64,000 nucleotides of DNA from the human T2T-CHM13v2.0 reference genome, Homo sapiens. Shown piece after piece: positions 13,672-27,522 of the stretch. The stretch is from the NCBI RefSeq assembly GCF_009914755.1, contig NC_060934.1; one strand, given 5' to 3'. The notes beneath the pieces are model-generated. The model was not told the origin of the DNA, did no database searches, and saw only the letters and a list, made by a program, of their open reading frames with translations. The first letter of the stretch is position 1. The number at the start of each line of letters is the position of its first letter. The position numbers and the translations under genes are program-made.

Positions 13672-15692
13672 ATGCAATCAAATAACAAGGTGCCATTCCT
13701 GACTAATAACACATAGTTGCCAGAAGCATCTGAGATTCCATTGTTTAGTACTCAAAGTGCTCAGAACAGGTAAAATTAAAGAGAGGTTGGGGGAAGAGTG
13801 GGAATAAAGGCTTTTGAAAGTCTGAACCAAAAGCAAATGTTAATATTTGGAAACCTTGCTATTCCTACAGATTTATTTCTGACTCCTGAGGGAATAAATA
13901 TTTTAAATTGCTATTATAAAATTAGCCAAAATCAAATCTTCAATTTCTCTCATCTAAAACAAGAAAATGACCTGCCTTCTTTTGCATTAATATCGTCTGA
14001 GGAGGGCGCAAAAGAGTCCTCAGCAGAATGTGAGATGGTTCCCTGGTCCCTCTGGAGTAGAACACAGCCCCATAGAGTTAAAGAGGGTTTTCACTATGTT
14101 CAGTGTGAAAATCAGTCATGTCGAAATGATATTTTTACTTTCCACTCTTACGCACCAATGTGTAGTATATATTCTTAACTATAGAGTAACAGAGAGGGGG
14201 AAATGCAGATACTGATCTAATGACGTCAAATGGGAGGTCATGGTAAGAAGGCCTCACACCTACGGGGAGAAAACCAGATTCCCTAACAGAAAACTCTGGA
14301 CCCGGGGCACCTGTGCTGAAGGAGCAGGGCTTTCAGGATCGCTCAGAGACCTGCGGCTTCACCTGCTCTGAGAGCAGTCCTAACCATCGCCCCAGGCAGC
14401 CTCAAACCCTCCTGCACCCCAGAACTTCAAAGACCACTGGGGACCATGAAACTGCTTGCACAAGTTCCTTCTCACACAGGACAAAGTAGGGGATATAATT
14501 TTTAAAACCCCAGCCCAAGCTTCACTTGTCAGAGTTGATTCAGGGATTGTGAATCACTTAGAACTCTATGGAACTATTTAAGCATCTCCTTACTGAGAAA
14601 CTGAGGCTCAAAAGAGATTCTTCCTCCCAGTGTCTGGTGCTGGTTTTCACATATCTTTTGTAACCCTACATTTAGTCCCTTTTTTTCAAAACCCAGTTTA
14701 AGTTACTATAGATGTAGCATTCAATCTTTGTTTCAATATAACATTTTACTACAAGAGAAATCCATTCTCATTAAAGAAAAATGGAAAAATACAGGTAAAA
14801 ATAAAGTACAACTTTAGTAACATTTTTATATATTTCAATTTGGGTTTCTTCTGTTTATGTCTGAATATTCATAAAGAGATAGACATATAGAAATTGACTT
14901 CATCCATTTGAGATTTATGCACAATTTTGTAAGTTTTTAAAAATTTTTCAACTTTTATTTTAGATACAGGGGGTACATGGGCAGGTATGTTGAATCTTTT
15001 TTTAAACGTAACATTTTACATAGAGCCTCTTCCCGCATGATTTGTTGACTGTCTGAGCATTTTATCTTGAATCAGGAAATCTCTCCCTTGAGCTGTGATT
15101 TCTACTTTCATGGCCAAAACTTTTTCAATGCTGAGAACTGAAATTGCTAGCTTCCCCTGTCTGCATTTGGAGTGGGAACTTCATCTCCAAACACAGTGGA
15201 ATCCTGTCTCCTCTAGCCCTGCAACCCCGGCATTAAACTGGTAACAAGTGCTTCCCTCGGCAGCCCCATGCCCTCCTCCAGCATCCGCCTCAACCCCGCA
15301 GGTTATATTTGTGCCTTCAGAGTAGCACTACAAGTGAAGAAGACCTGCCCTCCTTGGCTTCATGACCAGAGCTGAAGGGCAGGTAAGGCGAGACAGTACA
15401 CGGATTCTAAGAAATACCGGAGAAGCTTCTGGGAGATGCCTGTGCCCAGAGCCCTATGTTTCAGTTTGGATCAGAGGCAAATGATGTCTGAATCAGCATT
15501 GCTGGGAAAAATCACCGAGGTTTCCTCTGAGCAGTGGGATTGGGGGGTGTGGGGGGCAGGTGAGGTAGAGGGAGGAAGTTTGCAGGGCTATTCTGCCTTC
15601 CGTATTGTAAATGTTTTTAGTGGTGGAATTGATTTTCACTTTGTATGTAAGTGTGTGTTAGGGGTACTTTTCAGATAAAAACTTAAAATCAG

Positions 15693-15990
15693 GGCCGGGC
15701 ACTATGGCTTTTGCCTGTAATCCCAGCACTTTGGGAATCCAAGGTGGGTGGATTTGTTTGAACACAGGAGTTCGAGAGCAGCCTGGCCAACATGGTGAAG
15801 CCTCATCTCTACAAAAAATACAAAAATTAGCCAGGCCTGGTGGCATGCACCTGTAGTCCCAGCTACTTGAGGGGCTGAGGCAGGAGGATCACCTAAGCCC
15901 AGGAGCTAGAGGCTGCAGCGAACCTAGATCACGCCACTGCACTCCAGCCTGGGTGACAAAGTGAGACCCTGTCTCAGAAAATAAAATAAA
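15693..15990 (+). mobile_element. Alu (AluJ-like)
   Basis: ggccgggcac...cctgtaatcccagcactttggga...A-rich tail. Confidence 0.95.
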
Positions 15991-16340
15991 GATTTTGACA
16001 TAGAAGCCACCTGTCTATGGCCTTATCCTCCTCTGTCACTGATTAAGAGGAACTTTCTCTATGGAAATCTCTGAAGAATGTGCTGTCATCCTCCTCCTTT
16101 GCCTCCCTCTCTCGAGCACGCACCTCCCTGCCCAGAAGCAAGAGACACAGCTTGCTCCCCATCAAAGGCAAAAGTGCCCTGTGCTTCAACGTGCTAGACA
16201 TTCGGGCGCCTTCATGCTTTTAAAATACCACTGATTAAATCACATTTTAAGTTTTATAAGATGTCAAGTCAATGTCGTTATGATTAACATGTAAAGAAAG
16301 TGTATTTTAAAATAAAGTTAGAAGCATAGCTGTGTCTTAA

Positions 16341-16630
<290 letters not shown>

Positions 16631-16791
16631 CTTAATTATCTTTAAATGAAATTTGGAGTCTCTAAACTTTTTCCATTTACTTCTAAAATTTAAAAAGAAT
16701 AGATTTTCAAGGGGCCTTCCTGGGCTCCTCCCTGGGGCCTTATTGGCTATATCTGCTCCCTTGGTAAGATTGCCCTTAAAATCTGATGATT

Positions 16792-17088
16792 GGCTGGAGG
16801 CTGTGGCTCACACCTGTAATCCCAGTGTTTTGGGAAGCCAAGAAAGGACATTTGCTTGAGGCCAGGGGTTCCAGACCAGCCTGGGCAACACAGTGAGACC
16901 TCATCTCTACAAAAAGTAAAAAATTAGCTGAGTGCAGTGGCGTGCACCTGTAGTCCCAGCTATTTGGTAGACTGAGGTGGGAGGATAGCTTGAACCCAAG
17001 AGTTCAGGGCTTCAGTGAGCTACAATCACACCACTGCACTCCAGCCTGGGTGACAGTGAGACCCTGTCTCAACAAACAAACAAAAAAA
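16792..17088 (+). mobile_element. Alu (AluJ-like)
   Basis: Dimeric Alu with (CAAA)n tail. Confidence 0.93.
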
Positions 17089-17971
17089 CCTGACAATCCT
17101 TGCAAGAGGGCCATATACAAGGGAACTGTGTGAAAAATCAGCTCTCCAGGTAGGTTGCTGGGACATCTCAGTGGTGTGGAGACGAAGGGAGGACTGAACA
17201 CATGGTGCTGAGGGAGGACTGGACACATGTCCTGAACAAAATCACACTGGGATTTGTTACTCTGGTCCCCTGCTTCAGACATTCATCCCCAGCCCTGCAA
17301 GCATTACAGTTAGAGAAAGAGAACATCTCAACTGGTGACAATCAACAAATGCCCTGGGGGTGTAAGGTTTCCACTAGAAACACAGCTGTTGGCCAAATCC
17401 AGGTAAAAGACAAGAAAGTGCTAGCCCAGGTCTCGGGCATAAGGCGTGTGGAACTATTCTTCCCAAACTGTCTGAATATTGAAAATGCTGGTGGAAGGGA
17501 GCTTCCTATGAGACAGTGGTGTAATCAGGCGCTATAGTGGCAGCTGTGAGTGGATGTTCCCACTCATAGGACGGGGCACTGCACTTCTCCCCCGTGCAAA
17601 TCAGAGCACACACCCGAGGCCTCCGAAGTCAGGCAGCAGCAGACTGAGGGCACCATGCTGGTGTAAGACAACAACAGGGTGGACAGCGTAGTGAGTGCCA
17701 GGGACGTGGGGAGCAGGCAGCTAGGCTAACAGCGGTGGCGGCAGCTCAGCTCTAGTGATGTTGCTGTGCAGGGTATCAATCTTCTGAATTGTTCCAGAAA
17801 AGCTGGAAATCTGGATTTTTACTAGAGACTTTTGGTTTTAAAATGTTGGTTCAATTTTGCTTTTTGGCCAACAGTAAAATTTTACTGAAAGGCATTTTTA
17901 AAATAGCCCAATAATATGTCAAGATTTATCATTTTTTTTTCTCTTGTTAACTTTTTGTTTTGGTGGCTCAA

Positions 17972-17973
<2 letters not shown>

Positions 17974-18005
<32 letters not shown>

Positions 18006-18283
18006 ACAAGGCCTTGCTCTATTGCCCAGGCTGGAGTGAGTAGCACAGTCATAGCTCACTGCAGCCTCAAACTCCTGGGCTCAAGCAATCCTCCTGCCTC
18101 AGCCTTCCGAATAGCTGAGACTACAGGTGCATGCCACCATACCCAGATACTTTTTCTTATTTTTTGGTAGAGATGGCGTCTCCTATGTTACCCAGGCTGG
18201 TCTCGAATTCCTGGGCTCAAGCAATCCTCCTGCCTTAGCCTCCCAAAGTGCCGGGATTACAGGCACAAGCCACCACACCCAGT
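17974..18283 (-). mobile_element. Alu (AluJ-like)
   Basis: About 30-nt poly(T); TSD TGGTGGCTCAAT at 17961-17972 and 18285-18296. Confidence 0.95.
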
Positions 18284-19939
18284 ATGGTGGCTCAATTAAA
18301 AAAAAAATTGGTGCCAACTGAAAAACCAAAACAACCACATTTGTAGCCCGTTACTGTGATGATCACCTGCTTCTGATCAAGGAGCATGGGATGCTCCTTG
18401 CAGGGGGCACTCCAGTTTACACCTTTGGTCTGAGAGTCATTTTCCACATTAATTCCACCGTCACCCTTCCCAGAAGGCCCCTGGCTCTCCTGTCCACAGC
18501 TATAGTGTGTGCAGACTACTCTTGTTTTAATGAAACCACTTGACCCAACCATTTGGTTATGTAAATGAAAAAGCAAAGACTATTTGCAGATCTATGAAAT
18601 AAAGACATTTGAGAAGCTAAGACCTAAAAAGCCTGATTGTTCTGTGATCAGGTACAAGAGGGCCCAGCTGTAGGCAGAGCTCATCCCCCCCGAGATCAGG
18701 TTGCCTGAGGGGAAGAGCCTCCAGGCAAGATGTGAGCCTACTTTGCCTGCATGGTCACAGGTCTTTGTGAGCGTGCATGTCCCTGTTCTGTGGATGTTCT
18801 GTTTAGAAGAAGTTAAGAGCTGAGACCCAGCAGACTCAACAATGGTGAGTTAGCCCCTCCTCACATGGGAGGAACCTGTCAGGTGAGGCTTAGTCCAAAC
18901 TGCACCACCGATGTCTCCATAAAAAATACTGAACACCAAAGCTTCTGACTCCAAGGAATCCATTGGCATGGCAGTCCCTTGTCAGCGGACTCCAGGCCCC
19001 ATTCCCATGTTCTGATTTAATGGGTCTGGGAGGGACCCAGGAATCTACTTCTTTCACATGTGAGCCACCTGATTCCAGTGCATCCAGGCCAAATGCACTG
19101 AGAGAAGTGGCATCAGGGTGTTAGGACAGGACTATATTGTCCCTGTAGGTAGCGGTGGGCATTTCCCCCCAAGGGGAATGAAGCTACCCTCTGTCAGTCA
19201 TTCTGGGAAGTGCTAGGAAGGTTATCCCCCACCCAGACCAGGGAAATGGGATGTTTCTTCCCTCTGGGCCTCATGTTCTTGGGCCTGGATTCCAGGGACA
19301 ATAGAAAGGCTTGGAAATACTCCGGGTTGGCGGTTGTGAGAGAGGCTGGTCTCTAGAGCATGGCCAGTAAACCATGGGCATGTCCATATCTCCCTGATTC
19401 TCATATCTTTCTAACAGTCACAGCACCACTGGAGCTGTGATGTGGAGATGTCAACTCTTTTGCTAGATCTGCACCTACTCCTAGGGTGGAGGAAGGCCTG
19501 GGGGAAGAGAATATACTCCCAGGGTGAGCACAGCAGCAGCAGCAATGGCCTTCAGAGTCTCACCCTGGAACCTGCTGGAAGTGAATCCAGGCAGTGTGGA
19601 CTCCCAGAGCCCAGAACTATGAGGGAAACCACTGGGCATGCAGCCCCCATCCCTCCTGTCCACAGTAAAAGCACATTAGATGATGCAGGCTGGTCCTTTG
19701 ACCACACAGGAGGACTCTTTTGAGCAAACTTGGGGTTTTATTGCTAATCTGCCACTTGTACCCTGAACCAAGAAGAGCCAGGCCACATTTAGGATATATA
19801 TATATATGTATATATATGCACATAAATGATGTGCCTTTATTGACATATCTATTTATTAAAATCTGCATTTACATTAGTGAGTCTTTTTCTTTGGATACAA
19901 AGCAATACAGGTACTCCTCACTTTACAGATAGGTACACT

Positions 19940-19954
19940 CCAGCGGAGGGCAGC
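19940..19954 (+). promoter_or_regulatory. Candidate CTCF motif
   Basis: CCAGCGGAGGGCAGC, one mismatch from the CCASYAGRKGGCRS core; motif match only. Confidence 0.4.
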
Positions 19955-20711
19955 ACTCAAATGCGTCTCTTGAGAGAGAGGAGGGGAGTTGAGAGAGAGG
20001 GCACAGCTCTCTAAGGGTGTATCAGGTTTCAGCTCATTCAATCTGCAGACACTTTCAGCAGAGGCTGAAATGGTCACCTGGAGAGGGAACCTGCAGCTAA
20101 CTGCCCCTCTGTCACTGATGTGAGTGTGTGCTAAATGGGGGGAAACTAGGTTGAGAACCAGAGCTATATGTTTTGTACAAATTGCTGCGTTTTTTTTTAT
20201 TAACTTTTATTTTACACTTAGAAGTATATTTCTGAGTTGCTATAACTATTGTACTACAAATTGTTCCCCAAGTCATTGTCATTTTTCATACATTTTAAGT
20301 CTGACCAGTGACCTAGACCTTATTCTACACACAATCAGGGTACCCCAAATTTCTCACAGTTCCTCAAAGTAAACCATAGTCTTTTCTCTGCCTTCCTCGT
20401 GCTGCTTCCTCCTCATGGAAGGCCATGCTGTGTTCTCTGGTTGACAAACTCTTGCTCAGCCTTCAGGTCCCTTCTCACCTATCAGGCCCTCCTTGAAGCC
20501 TGCCCTGCCCTCCCACCACTCCCACCCCCATGGCACCAGGGATGACCTTGGTGGAGCATCGCATGCCAGCCACACTGGCTTGCTGGTCTCTCCAGTGCCT
20601 CTGTGTGATGAGCCCATCAATGACGATCTCTTCTCTTTACCTTTGTGCTCTGGATAAGAAGGGTCAAAATCAGCAGCATGTTGAATAAAAGTGGAAGAAA
20701 TAACAGTGGTT

Positions 20712-21045
20712 GGCCGGGCGTGGTGGCTCACACCTGTAATTCCAGCACTTTGGGAGGCCGAGGTGGGTGGATCACTTGAGGTAGGGAGTTTGAGATCAGC
20801 CTGGCTAACATGGTGAAACCCCGTCTCTACTAACAAAAATTAGCCAGGCATGGTGGTGGGCGCCTGTAATCTCAGCTACTTGGGAGGCTGAGGTAGGAGA
20901 ATCACTTGAATCCAGGAGGCGGAGATTGCAGTGAGCCGAGATTGCACCACCTCACTCCAGCCTGGGCAACAGCGTGAGACTCTGTCTCAAAAGAAAACAA
21001 AGAAAAGGAAGGAAGGGAGGGAGGGAGGGAGGGAGGGAGGGAGGG
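20712..21045 (+). mobile_element. Alu (AluS-like) with tail expanded to (GGAA)/(GGGA)n
   Basis: Dimeric Alu; TSD ACAGTGGT flanks the element including the GGGA run. Confidence 0.95.
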
Positions 21046-21070
21046 ACAGTGGTCAAAACCAGTGGGAAGT

Positions 21071-21586
21071 TGGGGTGGTTAATTGTATGTATCCAGTTGA
21101 CTGGGCCATGGGGTGCCTAGGTATTTGATCAAACATTATTCTGGGAGTTTCTATGAGGATATTTCTGGCTGAGATTACCATTTGAATCACTAGACTGAAT
21201 AAAGCAGATTCCACCCCCACTCAAGGTGGGAGCCTCATCCAGCCCATACCTCATCCAAATCTGAATAGAGTGAAAGGTGGGATTTGGAGAAATTTGCTTT
21301 CTCTGCCTGACTATCCTCAAGCCGGGATGTTGATCTTCTCCTGCACTTGAACTGGGACTTACACCACTGGCTCTCCTGTTTCTCAGGTCTTCATATTTGG
21401 ACTTAAACTACCACCTACTCTTGGGTCTCCAGCTTTCAGCCAGCAGGTAGCAGGACTTCTCAGCCTCCATAATTGTGACAATTCCATACAGATATAGGTT
21501 TAGCTATAGATGTAGATATAGACTATATAGATATACATATAGATCTCCTATTGGTTCTGTTTCTCTGGCGAACCCTGACTAATACA
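21071..21586 (+). mobile_element. MLT2 (ERVL) solo LTR
   Basis: TG...AATACA termini; 5-bp TSD GAAGT (21066-21070 / 21587-21591). Confidence 0.88.
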
Positions 21587-21766
21587 GAAGTCAAGAGTTG
21601 AGGCCGCTCCTCAGTCCCAGAGACCCTGACTCCAACTACCTCTACTAACTACCATCTAAGCATGGAGTGTTCTGGTCCATGATGTCTACCAAGTTCCAGC
21701 CACCAGATATATGTTGCAGGCATCTGGAAGGAGGAAGGGACAAAAAGAGGGGTTTTCCCTGCTCCC

Positions 21767-22163
21767 TTCTTTTTCTTTTTTCATCAGGGGCCTACAAGGA
21801 CAGTGTACCCCACCCCGCTCCCTCAAGGGGAGGGGGGTCGCCGGGGGCCTCCCACTTATTCTACACCTCTCGTGTCTCTTCACCATGCCAGACTAGAGTC
21901 AAGCTCAACAAGGTCTTCTTTCCCCGCCAATTCCACCAAGACTCTTCCCTTGGCTGTGGTTTCACCGGATAGTAGATAGGGACAGTGAGAATCTCCACTT
22001 CATTAATTCATGCACATCACTAATTAGATGACAAGGCATTCAGCTACTTAAGAGAGTCATAGTTACTCCTTTACCTGCACTTCATTGAATTTCTTCACTT
22101 TGGCATTCAGAGCACTGGGCAGAAATTATATCATATCAACACACGCCATGGGCCTTCGCAACA
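21767..22163 (-). pseudogene. Retroposed 28S (LSU) rRNA fragment
   Basis: Reverse complement matches recalled 28S sequence (tttctgcccagtgctctgaatg..aaagtgaagaaattcaatgaa...gagtaactatgactctcttaa...catctaattagtga...gagcttgactctagtctggca...gtgtagaataagtgggaggcccccggcg) with CpG decay; poly(A) remnant 21767-21781. Confidence 0.92.
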
Positions 22164-22539
22164 CCCCCTCCCTTTTAAGAAGAATTCTCAGAAGCCTCAC
22201 ATGAGCCTCCATTTGCATGACCAAACCTAGCTATGAAAAGGACCGAAAATTGGAGCTGTTTAGCCAAGCAGCAGCGTTCTGCTAAAATATCTTATTAGTA
22301 AAGAGATGGAAGGAGTCCATGTAAGGCGACCAGCAGCCCCAGCCACATACTGGCACAAGGTAGGTGCTCACGGAGTGCCTGCTACATGCAGTGAAGGGAA
22401 CTTGGTCACCACTAAGGTCTTGTGATGCCTGGTCTTGTGATAAACTGAGTGCTTTAGATCTGGGGACATTTCTAGACCGTCCTAAAGCCCTCTCATCATA
22501 ACTCCTTCCTCCCGCTGGATATAACAGGCAGACTCATCA

Positions 22540-24180
<1,641 letters not shown>

Positions 24181-24324
24181 ATAAGGCAGTTGTATTTAGA
24201 TTGACAGAGAAGCCAGACCCTAGCATAGCAGAGGGCCATGGAAGATACAAGAAACAGGAATTGACTGGAAGACTGTTTGGATTAATAAGATAATTCAGTT
24301 TGGAGAAAGATCCAAAAGCCACTT

Positions 24325-25525
24325 GCCTCAAGAAATGGTGCAGGAACAACTGGATAGCCACAGGCAAAAGAATGAAGTTGGACCCCTACCTCACACCATA
24401 TACAAAAATTAACTCAAAATAGATCGAAGACCTATATGTAAGAGCCAAAATTATAAAACTCTTAGGAAAAAAACCTACAGTTAAATCTTCATGACCTTGT
24501 ATTTGGCAAATGTTTCTTATATATTAAACCAAAACACAAACAAAAGAAAAAATAGATAAATTGGACTTCATCAAAATTAAAAATGTTTGTCTTTCAAAGA
24601 ACACCACCAAGAAAACGAAAAAATAATTCACAAAATGAGTTTTTAAAAATCATATATCTGATAAAGTACTTGTATCTAAAATAAAGAACTCTTACAGCTC
24701 AATAATAAAAGGACAAATAATTTAAAAACAGGCTAAGAATGGGAAAACCATTTCTCCAAAGAAGACATACAAATTACGACAAGCACAGGAAAAGATGCTC
24801 AGCATCATTAGAGGGAAATGCAAATCAAACCCACAATGACATACAATTTCGCACCCACAAAGATGGGTTCTAGCAAATAGTCAACAGGTGTTGGTTGATG
24901 GGGATGTAAAGAAATCAGAACCCTCATACACTGCTGGTGAAATGTCAGATGGGCAGCCACTTTGGAAAACAGTCTGGCAACCCCTAAAAAAGTAAAACAT
25001 TGACCCAGCAATTCTATTCCTAGTATATACCCAAGAGAAATGAAAACATATGCTGACACAAAAAGCTGTACACAAGTATTTATAGCAGCATTTATTGATA
25101 GTAGCCGAAGTTGGAAATAACCCAAATGTCCATCAACTGATGAATAAGCAAAATGTGGTCTATCCATACAATAGAATATTGTTCCACCATAAAAAGGAAT
25201 GAAGTTCTGATATATGCTACAACAGGCATGAACCTTGAAAACGTCATGCTAAGTAAAGGAAGACCATGTATTGTATAAGTCCATTCATATGAAGTGTCCA
25301 AATAGGCAAACATTTGGAGACAGAAAGTGGATTAGTGGTTGCACAGCACTGGGAGAAGGGGGACTGAGAAGATGATGGCTAAAGAATAAGGTGTTTCTTT
25401 TTTTTTTAACATGATGAAAATGTCCTATAATTGATTGTAGTGATGGGGTTGTACAAGTTCATGAACGTAGTAAAATCCATTGAATTGTACAGTTTAAATG
25501 GATGAATTGTACATATGTGAATTCT
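24325..25525 (+). mobile_element. L1MB-like ORF2 end and 3' UTR
   Basis: aagaatgaagttggacccctacctcacaccatatacaaaaattaactcaaaat...aaatgtccatcaactgatgaat. Confidence 0.85.
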
Positions 25526-26954
25526 ACCTAACTACCAAAAAACGTCAGTTGCCTCCTCCCTCCAAACTATTTGAACAACATTAAAGGCACTGATGCAGTG
25601 TTTACATCTATTGTATGTACTGGTTTTGCAAAGATGTCCATATCACATTTACATGAACAATTTTCTGGTGTGTGTATAGTGTGTGCATACTCATTTGCAC
25701 AAGCAAAAATATGCCAGGAAGAATATTCTTGCCCAGGGTTACCTGAGAGCAAGACGAGTAGGTAGGAGAACAAGAGGAAAACAATCCTTTACTCCTATGT
25801 TGTTTGATTTTTTTACAATGAGCACATGCTACTTTGTTAGCATACAACAAAAATTAATAAAAAAACAAAAATTGAGCTCCTTTGCTGGCATTCATCAATG
25901 ATCTAGCCCTGGTCACCTGCCTCACATGGACCATCTCAGATGTAACTCCTGTCTGCTAATCCTCACAAGAGCCCTACACACCCTACAGTGTTTTCTCCAT
26001 TTAACAGGTGGGGAAACTGGGTCTTAGTGGAGGTGAGGGACCTGACCAAGCTCACTCACATAGGAGAGAAGTGGCCAAGACTGGGGGCAGAGCCCATATC
26101 CACAGGATGGACCCCAATGTTAAGCTTTCCCACTCCATCCCTTCCCATCACTGGAATGGGACTCAAGCTATTTTTGTAATTTTCCCAAAACTGACCTTAG
26201 GAAGTCTCCATCACCATAATCAATGACAAGCACAACCAGCTACAGTGCCCATATACAGTGAACCAGGTTCAGGCAAAAATTCTCAGGTTTCACCAGAACT
26301 TAGGCAACAGCCTAAATAACACCAAATAAGATTCAGAGCAGCTGGTGATCGAGCTCCAAGACTTGACTGATTCTTGTCTTTAAAATGTTCCAGTCGTTTA
26401 GCTGTTCAGTGGAAATTCAGCATCACTGAGGAAATGGGTTAAATGAGTTAAATACCCAATTCATAATGAAAAAATATCTTAAACCACTTGTTGATTGTTG
26501 TCTTTTCTGAAGCAAGCAGTGGAGTGGCATGGAAGCCAGGTAGCACGCCGCATTTGAATAGTGTGTGCTTCTTGGGAACTGTCTTCAGAGGGATGTACAT
26601 TTTCCTCTGTTTTGAAAATGCTTCTGAGGCATCTAATAGTATCTCAGTGGTTTTCCTTAGAAATGAAAAAAAAAAACCCATTGACCTCATTGTATTTTTA
26701 ACTGTCTTAAAGTTTTTCTCAATTTGCTACAAACATTAGTGCTTTATAAGAAGGGTACCAGTATTAGTGCCTGGAGTTCTAAGTGTTTCTAAATGTATTT
26801 CTGTACACCACCCAAGTACTGGCCCATCTCCTGGTTCTGTTCATGTGTTCTCCCCTGCACACTCTATTGTCATATCCACAGCTTCAGCTCCACTTCCCAA
26901 CATCTTTCTCCAGCCCTGATTTCTTTGTTACATGCTAGATCCCAAATCTCAATG

Positions 26955-27522
26955 GTTAAGTCAGGAAATGTTCATCTTCAAGCAGTTTAAGCCAGCTGCA
27001 ATTGGCTTAAGAATATAGGAAATATATTGGTTTGTATACCTGAAAAGTCCAGCTATAGGCATAGGTGAATATGAGTGTTCAGTCGACAACAGCAGGACTC
27101 TGTCTCCATCTCTTGATGCTGCTTTCTTCTCTGTTGTCTTTGTTCTCAGGCAAGCTCACCCCAAGTAGTGACAAGAGGACCACCAGCAGCTCCAGGCTGA
27201 CATTTCACCAGCTTAGCAGCCCGTGTGGGATGAAAGTTTCTCCTTTGCAACAGTTCCCACAAAAGACCCAGGACCTGACTTGTACTGTATTGGCCCAGAT
27301 TGGATCATGTATCCATTTCCAAACCAATCTTTGTGACCTGGGTTGGCCAGGCCTGGATCACATGCTCATTTCTGGACTAGAGAAGAGGGGAACTCAGCCC
27401 TACTGAAATCGACAGGACAGATTGTGGGAAAGGGGTTCATTTCACAAAAGGAAAATGGTGGGTCTGTTTCCAGAATAAGGGTGAATAGATGCTGAGTCCC
27501 CCAAAACAAAAATTGTCCCACA
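26955..27522 (-). mobile_element. MLT1K-like (ERVL-MaLR) LTR hosting the C10orf53 distal exon
   Basis: Collinear with recalled antisense MLT1K: tctcaggcaagctc..ccagcagctccaggct..attggcccag..aaccaatc..ttggccaggcctggatcacatgc..aaaggaaaat..ccagaa..atgctg..gtcccaca; left boundary approximate. Confidence 0.75.
27150..27406 (+). CDS. C10orf53: C10orf53 distal alternative terminal coding exon (long ~157-aa isoform)
   Basis: Strong acceptor ctttcttctctgttgtctttgttctcag|; phase-1 join gives GKLTPSSDKRTT...GLEKRGTQPY*; recalled 157-aa isoform length fits (93-21+85). Confidence 0.8.

Noticed and set aside
17675-17692. Possible REST/NRSE site (GGACAGCG)
   Set aside because: Only the right half-site is present; no TCAGCACC half nearby
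21767-22163. Functional rRNA gene or contamination
   Set aside because: Short, CpG-decayed, indel-bearing, with a poly(A) remnant and TSD in genomic flanks
27065-27149. 5' part of the 113-aa ORF resembling a signal peptide
   Set aside because: It is the polypyrimidine tract of the acceptor; GTG start; coding portion begins at 27150
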